Positions 17,738 to 25,246 of a stretch of DNA of 53,027 nt are shown piece by piece. Every line of letters begins with the position of its first letter. Position 1 is the first letter of the stretch. The notes below the pieces were generated by a model. It ran no database searches and was not told the origin of the DNA. It saw nothing but the letters and a program-made list of their open reading frames with translations. The translations under genes and the position numbers were made by a program. This DNA is from Elusimicrobiales bacterium (GTDB lineage: Bacteria > Elusimicrobiota > Elusimicrobia > Elusimicrobiales > UBA9959), in NCBI GenBank assembly GCA_036170455.1, contig JAVHPG010000019.1:3736-56762 (forward strand), read 5' to 3'.

Positions 17738-20700
17738 ATGAACCGCATTATTTTTTCTCTTATATTTTTCGCATTGGCGTCCGTTTCATACGCTTATGAA
17801 ACTATCGATTTCAGGGGCATCATCCAGAACGCCGCGATGCAAAGGCCGACGGCGATCGCCGTAGCGGCCGGCAAGGTCTTCGTGACCGACTCCAAAGCCA
17901 ACGCGGTTTTTGTCTTTGACTCGGAAGGGAAGCTGCTAAAAAAGATAGAAGGCGGGCTCAAGTCGCCCGAGGCCGTAAGTTTCGGCGGCGGCAAGCTTTA
18001 CGTGGCCGACACCGACAATTCCCGCGTGGTAGTCTTTGACCCCGAGGGCAAGATGCTTTGGGCTTTTTCCAGCGAGGGCAGCGACCCCGGCCAGATCAAA
18101 TCTCCCGAGGGCATCGCTTACGGCCCCGACGCCAGGGTGTATGTTTCGAACACGGGCGGCTCCAGGATAGAGGTCTTTAACGCGGACGGCATCTATCTTT
18201 ACGGCTTCCCCGTGGCCACCGCGGCCGGGATCAAAATCAAGCCCGTAAAAATAGCGCTCAGCCCCTCCGGCGACATCCTGGTTTCCGATCCTGATAAGGC
18301 GGTGCTTCTGCGCTACGACAGGACCGGGAAACTCCTGAAAGAATTCCAGCTGGCCAACAACGGCGGCGCCTTCAACAAGTACGGTTATATCTACGTCATT
18401 AATTCAAAAGACGGCAAGGTGATGGAAATCTCCGAAGCGGGCGTGGCGGTGGGAACTTTCGGGACCAGGGGCAAGGGGAAGAGCGAGTTCAAGAACCTGC
18501 GCGATATAGCCATGGACAAGACCGGAATGATCTATCTCTGCGACGAGGAGAACAGGAAGGTTGTTTACCTTATGGTGGAAACGCCCTATTCCGGGCCCCG
18601 CCTTCCGGAGGCCGCCATCCTCGACCGCTTTACTTTAAAAGGACCCACGGCCAATTTGAAGTTCAAGGCCGAAGTTTTCGCCCTGACCAATGACGGCAAG
18701 ATCGTCGCCTGGCTGCCGGAATCCAGGGAAATAGCCCTTATCGACGGAACCGCCAGGAAGACGCTTGTAAAGGAAGGCAAGCTGCAGGGCCAGGTCCGTT
18801 CCCCTAAGAGCATTTTCATCGGCCCCAAGGGCGAGATGTATGTGGCCGATTCGGGCAATGACAGGGTTCAGATATTTAAAGCGGACTGGACCTACGACAA
18901 TATGTTCGGAGAGAGCGGTTCCGGCGAGGGGCAGTTCAGGAACCCTTCCGCCGTCGCAGTTAATTCAAGCGGCAATATCTACGTGGCCGACACCAGGAAC
19001 AAGAAACTGAAGGCGTTCAGCTCCGACGGCATGTTCCTTTTTGCCGTAGGGCCGGAGTTCGGCGGCATCACGCTCGCCAGCCCTGTCTCGGCGGTCTGCG
19101 ACGAGAACAAGAACGTATATATACTTGATTCGGTGCTCAAGAAGGTCATAGTCACCGACTCCATGGGCAAATTCCTTCGCGCCTGGGACGATTCCGGCAA
19201 CCTGCAGGACCCCGCTTCCCTGGTTTACGACGGGAAAGGCTTTTTCTATATACTGGACAGGGGAACCTATAACGTAAAGATCTTCGACAAAAACGGTATT
19301 TTTACCTCCAGTTTCTTCGCGAAGGGCCGCGGCGAGCGCGAGCTGTGGGATCCGCAGGACCTGGCCTTCAGGAACGACAAGATATACGTCTCCGACAGGG
19401 AGAACGCGCGCATTTTAGCGTTCGATATCAGCTACCTCCCCGAAGAACCCACCGGGGTGACGGCCAAGGCCGAAGAGAAGACCGTGAAACTGACCTGGAA
19501 GGCCAAGTCGAACGCCTGGACAAGGGGGTTCAAGGTCTTCCGCGCGGCGGGTTCCGGCGGCGACCTCGAAGAGGCCGGCTCGGCCAAGGAGATGTCCTTC
19601 GAGGACTCCGCGCTGGTCCCGGGCACCACTTATTACTACTATACGGCGGCGCTTTCAGTGAGCGGCATACAGGGCGGCCTTTCGCAGCCGGCGGAGGTTT
19701 ACTTCAAAGGTCCCGAGGCCCCCGTCCCTGCCCCGGCGGCAGCGCCCGCGGCGGAGGCTTCGGCGAACAAGAACGTCGCCCCGATGGAGATCCTGCCGTC
19801 GGCGTCTCTCAATTACATCTTCTCGGCCAACTATAAATATTACCAGAAGAACCCGGTCGGCAAGATCACGATCAAGAACAATACGGAGAACGATTTCACC
19901 AACGTAAAGCTCTCTTTCTTCTTCAAAGACTTCATGGACTTCCCGAGCGACACCATCGTAGAGGCGGTCAAGGCGGGGGAACAGACCGAAGTGCCCTTGG
20001 CCGCCACGCTTAACAACAGGATCCTCAATATCAACGAGGATACGCCCATCCAGTGCCAGCTCACGCTGACCTACTACATGGACGGGGCCGAGAAGACCGT
20101 CACCCTGAACAAACCCGTGAAGGTGCTTTCCAAGAACGCCATAGTCTGGGATAATTCCGCCAGGCTGGCCAACTTCATAACCATCAAAGACACGCCTATC
20201 ATGGCCTTCAGGGCTTTCGCCCTGGGCGAGAAGAAGAAGTTCGAAGGCGAAGCCGACCTGCTCGACGACAGCATCCTGACCGCGCTGATGGCGTGGGAGG
20301 CCCTGGGCGAGTACGGTATATCTTACCTGGCCGACCCGGCCAATCCTTATTCGGTGCTTAAATCCACCGAGAACCTGGTGCTGGACACCGTGCAGTTCCC
20401 GCGCAATACCCTGCAGCTCAAGAGCGGCGACTGCGACGACCTGACCGCGCTGTTCGCCAGCATTTTCGAGGCCTCCGGCCTGCACGTGGCGCTGCTCGAC
20501 TTCCCCGGCCACATCGCCCTGATGTTCGACACCGGCGAGACCGACGCGAACGCGGTGGGCCTGCCCGAGGACTACCTGATAAAATACAACAATACCTGGT
20601 GGGTGGGCGTAGAGACCACCATGGTTGGCAAGAGCTTCCAGGACTCGATACTGCACGTGGCCGACCTTTACAGGAAGATGGACAAGGACGTGAAGGTCAT

Positions 20701-21217
20701 AGACGTGCGGGCTTCCTGGAACGAATTCGAACCGGTCACTCTGCCCGAGACCCAGGCGGACACCTACGCTTCGGCGGCGCTGCCGGACCGCGTCAAGGGT
20801 GCTATCGAATCCCTTATGGCCGCCCGCTACGATTACCTGAAGAAATACTACGGCCGCATATTGCAGGAAATGCCGGAGGATATCGATACGAACCTCAGCC
20901 TGGGCATAGTGCACGCCGAGTATAAAGCCTATGACGCCGCGGCAGGCTGCTTCCAGAAGGTGCTCGACAAGGAACCGTTCAACTCCGGAGCGCTCAATAA
21001 TATGGGCAATCTGAGCTTCACGGGAGGCAAGTACGACGAGGCCAGGGATTATTATTTCAAAGCCTCCAAGGCCGATCCGTACGACGGCAATATCTGGCTC
21101 AACCTCGCCAGGGTTTCCGGGAAGCTGGGCAAAAAAGACGACGTGAAGACCTTCGCGGAGCGGGCGGCGAAAATAGAGCCCGAGCTCAAGAGCATCGGAG
21201 ATAAATTATCCAGGTGA
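17738..21217 (+). CDS. Secreted NHL-repeat / FN3 / transglutaminase-like / TPR protein
   Basis: GGGGAGG SD before ATG 17738 and a signal peptide. NHL repeats (LYVADTDNSRV, GQFRNPSAVAV), FN3 (LVPGTTYYYY), SGDCDDL...PGHIAL and C-terminal TPRs. Confidence 0.85.
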   Translation: MNRIIFSLIFFALASVSYAYETIDFRGIIQNAAMQRPTAIAVAAGKVFVTDSKANAVFVFDSEGKLLKKIEGGLKSPEAVSFGGGKLYVADTDNSRVVVFDPEGKMLWAFSSEGSDPGQIKSPEGIAYGPDARVYVSNTGGSRIEVFNADGIYLYGFPVATAAGIKIKPVKIALSPSGDILVSDPDKAVLLRYDRTGKLLKEFQLANNGGAFNKYGYIYVINSKDGKVMEISEAGVAVGTFGTRGKGKSEFKNLRDIAMDKTGMIYLCDEENRKVVYLMVETPYSGPRLPEAAILDRFTLKGPTANLKFKAEVFALTNDGKIVAWLPESREIALIDGTARKTLVKEGKLQGQVRSPKSIFIGPKGEMYVADSGNDRVQIFKADWTYDNMFGESGSGEGQFRNPSAVAVNSSGNIYVADTRNKKLKAFSSDGMFLFAVGPEFGGITLASPVSAVCDENKNVYILDSVLKKVIVTDSMGKFLRAWDDSGNLQDPASLVYDGKGFFYILDRGTYNVKIFDKNGIFTSSFFAKGRGERELWDPQDLAFRNDKIYVSDRENARILAFDISYLPEEPTGVTAKAEEKTVKLTWKAKSNAWTRGFKVFRAAGSGGDLEEAGSAKEMSFEDSALVPGTTYYYYTAALSVSGIQGGLSQPAEVYFKGPEAPVPAPAAAPAAEASANKNVAPMEILPSASLNYIFSANYKYYQKNPVGKITIKNNTENDFTNVKLSFFFKDFMDFPSDTIVEAVKAGEQTEVPLAATLNNRILNINEDTPIQCQLTLTYYMDGAEKTVTLNKPVKVLSKNAIVWDNSARLANFITIKDTPIMAFRAFALGEKKKFEGEADLLDDSILTALMAWEALGEYGISYLADPANPYSVLKSTENLVLDTVQFPRNTLQLKSGDCDDLTALFASIFEASGLHVALLDFPGHIALMFDTGETDANAVGLPEDYLIKYNNTWWVGVETTMVGKSFQDSILHVADLYRKMDKDVKVIDVRASWNEFEPVTLPETQADTYASAALPDRVKGAIESLMAARYDYLKKYYGRILQEMPEDIDTNLSLGIVHAEYKAYDAAAGCFQKVLDKEPFNSGALNNMGNLSFTGGKYDEARDYYFKASKADPYDGNIWLNLARVSGKLGKKDDVKTFAERAAKIEPELKSIGDKLSR

Positions 21218-21242
21218 GGAAATAGAACGGGAGGGTATTCTT

Positions 21243-21731
21243 ATGAAAAAAGCATTAATAGCGCTGGCGCTGATCTTCGCGGTGGGCGTGGTCCACGCGG
21301 AAAGCGGCAAGGACTGGAAGGGCTGGTACGGCAATATGCTCAAAGGCCTTAAGACCAAGATCAGCAAGAAACTCGAGTCCAAGACCCGCGTGAGCGCGGT
21401 CGCGGCCGTGCGCGGCGCGAAGCAGGGCGAGGACGCGAACGCCCTTTACTGGAAAGGCGGCGTCTCCGAGAAGGCCCAGAAGAAACTGGCCGACGAGAAG
21501 AAGCAGCTGACCGACGCCGTGGAGCTGGTGGTCGGAGGGGACGTGGAGGGCGGACGCGCGGCCCTGAAAAAGTTCATGAAGGACAACCCGGAGAGCTTCT
21601 TCGCGCAGGACGCGAAAGAGGCCCTGGATAACCTGCCGGCCGCCGAAGTCAAGCCCGAGGAGGGTAAGACGGAAGCTCCGGCCGAGGAGCCCGCCGCCGA
21701 GGAAAAGCCCGCCGCTAAAACCGGGAAATAG
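21243..21731 (+). CDS. Secreted helical hypothetical protein
   Basis: GGGAGG SD, signal peptide, an AVAAVRGA motif, a TPR-like helix pair and an Ala/Glu/Pro tail. Confidence 0.8.
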   Translation: MKKALIALALIFAVGVVHAESGKDWKGWYGNMLKGLKTKISKKLESKTRVSAVAAVRGAKQGEDANALYWKGGVSEKAQKKLADEKKQLTDAVELVVGGDVEGGRAALKKFMKDNPESFFAQDAKEALDNLPAAEVKPEEGKTEAPAEEPAAEEKPAAKTGK

Positions 21732-21742
21732 TTCCCGTTTCC

Positions 21743-21782
21743 GGCAATAAAAAACCCCGCTCCGGCGGGGTTTTTTATTGCC
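21743..21782. terminator. Bidirectional intrinsic terminator
   Basis: GGCAATAAAAAACCCCGC-TCCG-GCGGGGTTTTTTATTGCC. Confidence 0.85.
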
Positions 21783-21793
21783 TTCGATAATGC

Positions 21794-22729
21794 TCAATCG
21801 TCCAGCGGCTCGTCCCGGGCGGGGGCGGCTTTGGCTGGCTCCAGCGGGCCGGCGCCTGCCGGGGCGGCTGGAGGCTGCTGTACTGCCGGGGGCTGTTGCG
21901 GGGTTGTGGGAACCACCCAGGTCTGGTCGGGTTTCTCGGGGACGAGGGCGGGTTCGGAAGACAAGGGCGTTCCTTCCAATACCTGGCCTTCGGGGAGCCA
22001 GGTCCTGTCCGGCTGCACCGGCGGGCCGGACATGGCCGGCGTTTCCCTTTCCGGCTGCGCGGCTTTAGGCGGGAGGTCGCGCGGGGCCGCCCCCGCCGCT
22101 TTCAGCTTCGCGTAAACGTCGGTGGCGGAGCGCCAGAGCATCTGCCTCAGCAGGCCGCTCTCGCGGGCCCCCGGCGAGAAGAAGGGATAGAGCGGCGCCA
22201 TCAGGAGGTGGAAAGTCGTTTTGTGGCGCGCCTCGGTCTCGACGCGCAGGGTGCCGGTAGAAACGGCGAAGTCGGCGGTGAGATAATAGTTGACCCGCAG
22301 GGAAGAGGGAATAAGGAAGATAAAGCTGGTGTCCACCAGGTAGGAGCGGAAAAGGTCGCCGTAAGTCCAGCGCCCGAAGCTGGTGAGCTCCAGGCGCAGG
22401 GTCCCGCGGCCGCGCGCTTTGTCGTAAAGGCCGGCCTCCGAGAACACTCCCCTTGCTTTCCGGCCCAGGGCGGCGGCGTCGGCCGGCTCGACCGGCAGCG
22501 GCTTTATCTTTTTGGGCCTGGTAGAGCCCTCTCCGATGGAGTCGGTCGGGGCGCGGTAAGGGAAATTCTGCCAGTAAACCTGTATTTCAGAGAACGGGAC
22601 GATCTCTTTGTCTTCAAGCATGGCCCGCGCCGTGGAACGCTCTACGCGGATATCGCCGGAATTGAAAGAGGCGCAGCCGAAGAAAGCCGGGAGGGCCGCC
22701 AGGAGCAAAAGGAGTTTGATCGTTTTCAT
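21794..22729 (-). CDS. Hypothetical lipoprotein with Pro-rich C-terminus
   Basis: Lipobox AFFG-C; Pro/Gln/Ala-rich tail. Confidence 0.75.
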   Translation of the reverse strand: MKTIKLLLLLAALPAFFGCASFNSGDIRVERSTARAMLEDKEIVPFSEIQVYWQNFPYRAPTDSIGEGSTRPKKIKPLPVEPADAAALGRKARGVFSEAGLYDKARGRGTLRLELTSFGRWTYGDLFRSYLVDTSFIFLIPSSLRVNYYLTADFAVSTGTLRVETEARHKTTFHLLMAPLYPFFSPGARESGLLRQMLWRSATDVYAKLKAAGAAPRDLPPKAAQPERETPAMSGPPVQPDRTWLPEGQVLEGTPLSSEPALVPEKPDQTWVVPTTPQQPPAVQQPPAAPAGAGPLEPAKAAPARDEPLDD

Positions 22730-22831
22730 GTATAGTTAGGGAACGGCTTCTGATATCTGTCATTCGGAAAAGCCGTATCATTTTATATACTATATTATAC
22801 CGTTGTATTCATCAAGGGTTCAGGGGAGCAT

Positions 22832-24028
22832 ATGGCGCTTAAAAAAATAGAGAGGATCATAAAGACCGAGGGCAAGCCGGATATTATAATCAGGCTGGCC
22901 AGGGTGCATGACATGCGCCGCATCCAGATGCTTTACGCCGAGATCTACGGCGGCAGCTATTCCGTGCCGATCGTCACCGACAAAGAAAAGATGCGCCACG
23001 CCATAGAGGATAACGACTACTACTGGCTGGTGGCCGAATGCCAGGACCGCGTGGTGGGCAGCCTCGTCTACGCGCTGGACCTGACCTACAGGAACTCGAA
23101 AGCTTTCGGCGCGGTGGTCAGCCAGGAATTCAGGAAGCACAATCTGGCCTTCATGATGATGAAGCTGGTCCTCGACGACATTACCACCAGCAAAGACCTG
23201 GTGGACCTGGTCTACGCCACCACCCGCACCGCTAACCACGCCCCGCAGAAACTGACCGAGAGCCTGGGTTTCATAAAGCTGGGCATCTTCCCGAACACCC
23301 ACAAAGTTCAGGACAACGAGACGCATTGCCTTACCGCCTACCTTACCGAAAGGGCGCTGCAGCGCCGCCGCCGGAAGCCCCGCATCATCCCCGAAGTGGC
23401 GCCCTTCTATGATATCGTACGCAAGCAGATCGCCCTGGAGAGGCCGCAGATAAAGAACGTGAAAGGGGAGTACAGCGACCATACGCAGAAGATCCCGCTG
23501 CTAAATTTTGAGGCCATCACCGCCCCCGAGTTTATCAAGCACCGGTACAAAAAGATCAAGCAGACCAGCTTCTTCGCGCATACGGTGATGCCTTTCCACG
23601 ACCCCAACCTCCTGCTGATCACCCCGGACCAGGGGACCGAGGTCTACATGACCTATAACGCCAAGGACAAGTACAGCGTGGTGGTCGCCGGCATGACCAA
23701 TGAGAAAAGCTTCGCGGTGGTGCTTGAAAGCATAGCCCGCAAGGTCAGCGAACTGGGCATGGCCTACGTCGAGGTCATCATAGACGCCTACTCCCCGGCC
23801 ATCCAGCGCGACGCGCTGGACGCGCGCTTCATCCCCAGCGCCTATTTCCCCTGCGCCAAGCGGATGGGCGGCAAGCGCTACGACTGCGTGATCTTCTCCC
23901 GCACCTTCGAGGTCCTGGACTTCCGCAACGTCAAGATCATCTCGCTCTACAAGAACTTCCTGCGCGAATACCTCAAGCTCTGGCGCGAGAACTACATCGA
24001 GCTGGTCTTCAAGACCGACCAGAAATAG
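22832..24028 (+). CDS. GNAT-family N-acyltransferase (N-terminal GNAT plus a second, probably GNAT-like domain)
   Basis: IRLARVHD, WLVAECQDRVVG, AVVSQEFRKHNLA and QKLTESLGF; GGGGAG SD. Confidence 0.75.
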   Translation: MALKKIERIIKTEGKPDIIIRLARVHDMRRIQMLYAEIYGGSYSVPIVTDKEKMRHAIEDNDYYWLVAECQDRVVGSLVYALDLTYRNSKAFGAVVSQEFRKHNLAFMMMKLVLDDITTSKDLVDLVYATTRTANHAPQKLTESLGFIKLGIFPNTHKVQDNETHCLTAYLTERALQRRRRKPRIIPEVAPFYDIVRKQIALERPQIKNVKGEYSDHTQKIPLLNFEAITAPEFIKHRYKKIKQTSFFAHTVMPFHDPNLLLITPDQGTEVYMTYNAKDKYSVVVAGMTNEKSFAVVLESIARKVSELGMAYVEVIIDAYSPAIQRDALDARFIPSAYFPCAKRMGGKRYDCVIFSRTFEVLDFRNVKIISLYKNFLREYLKLWRENYIELVFKTDQK

Positions 24029-24076
24029 GACGGGACAATATAGTTTTAAATTGCCGCCGTTATAAGGAGACAAGCC

Positions 24077-25246
24077 GTGGCCGATCTTTCTGTCGAAGAC
24101 AAACTTCCGCCTTTTTACAAGCCGCTTAAGAGCCGGGCGGCCGTGGATGTTTTTTTTGAAACCCCGGCTTTCGAGTATTCGCCGCGCACCTCTAAGGCTT
24201 TCTGCGCCGCTATGCGCGCCGCGCTGGCTTTCCAGGGCGGGCGCGCCCCGGTGCTGAAAGCGATTTACAAGGCCGAAGGCTTCTCTCCCGCCTCGGTGAG
24301 AACGGAGCGGGATATAGCGAATATCCCTTTTATCTTCGTCGCCGCGCTTAAAGAGCGGGACCTGACCACCCTTCCGTATTCCAAAATAGTGCTAGAGCTC
24401 AAATCCAGCGGAACCTCCGGCCAGCGCAGCCGGATGCAGCTGGACAAAGGTTCGCTGATGCGGGTGCGCCGCATGGCCTGGCAGGTTTTCGCCGGGCTTG
24501 GGCTGACCGACCTGGAGCGCGCCCACGACTATATCTGCTTCACTTACGATCCCGAGGTGGCCAAAGACCTGGGGACGGCCTGGACGGACAAGCTGCTCAG
24601 CGGCTTCACTAAGAAAGGGGAGATCTTTTACACCTTCCGCTGGAGCAAAGAGAAGAAAGACTTTTATTTCGACATAGACGGCGCGGTGCTGGCCATGAAG
24701 AAATTCGAAGACGCCGGCTCGCTGGTGCGTTTGGTCGGCTTTCCTGCTTTCGCTTTGAAACTCACCGAAGAATTCAAGAAGCGCTACGGCCGCTACCCGA
24801 AACTTAACCCGGAGTCCAGCGTAGTTACCGGCGGCGGCTGGAAGACCCTGGCCGATGAGGCGATGGATAAAAAAGTTTACCGCCGGATATTAGCCGACAA
24901 TCTGGGCGTGCCGGTGGAGAACGTAAGGGACCTGTTCGGCATGGTAGAGCACGGCGTGCCTTACGTGGACTGCCGGCTCGGGAACTTCCATGTCCCGAAT
25001 TACGGCCGCATCATAGCGCGCCACCCGGGCACGCTGGAGCCGCTGGGGTATAACAAGGTCGGCCTGCTGCAGTTCATTACGCCTTACCTCACCAGCTATC
25101 CTTCGCTTTCCGTGCTCTCCTCTGATTTCGGCCTGCTGCGCCCGAAGTGCGCCTGCGGCCTGCCCGGCCCTGTGCTTGAAATAAAAGGCCGCGCCGGAGT
25201 GACTAAATTAAAGGGCTGCGCTATTTCCGCGGCGACGATGCTATGA
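24077..25246 (+). CDS. luxE: LuxE-like acyl-protein synthetase
   Basis: KSSGTSGQRS loop, TGGGWK, VRDLFGMVEHG and C-terminal GRAGVTKLKGCA with the conserved Cys; AAGGAG SD and GTG start. Confidence 0.85.
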   Translation: MADLSVEDKLPPFYKPLKSRAAVDVFFETPAFEYSPRTSKAFCAAMRAALAFQGGRAPVLKAIYKAEGFSPASVRTERDIANIPFIFVAALKERDLTTLPYSKIVLELKSSGTSGQRSRMQLDKGSLMRVRRMAWQVFAGLGLTDLERAHDYICFTYDPEVAKDLGTAWTDKLLSGFTKKGEIFYTFRWSKEKKDFYFDIDGAVLAMKKFEDAGSLVRLVGFPAFALKLTEEFKKRYGRYPKLNPESSVVTGGGWKTLADEAMDKKVYRRILADNLGVPVENVRDLFGMVEHGVPYVDCRLGNFHVPNYGRIIARHPGTLEPLGYNKVGLLQFITPYLTSYPSLSVLSSDFGLLRPKCACGLPGPVLEIKGRAGVTKLKGCAISAATML

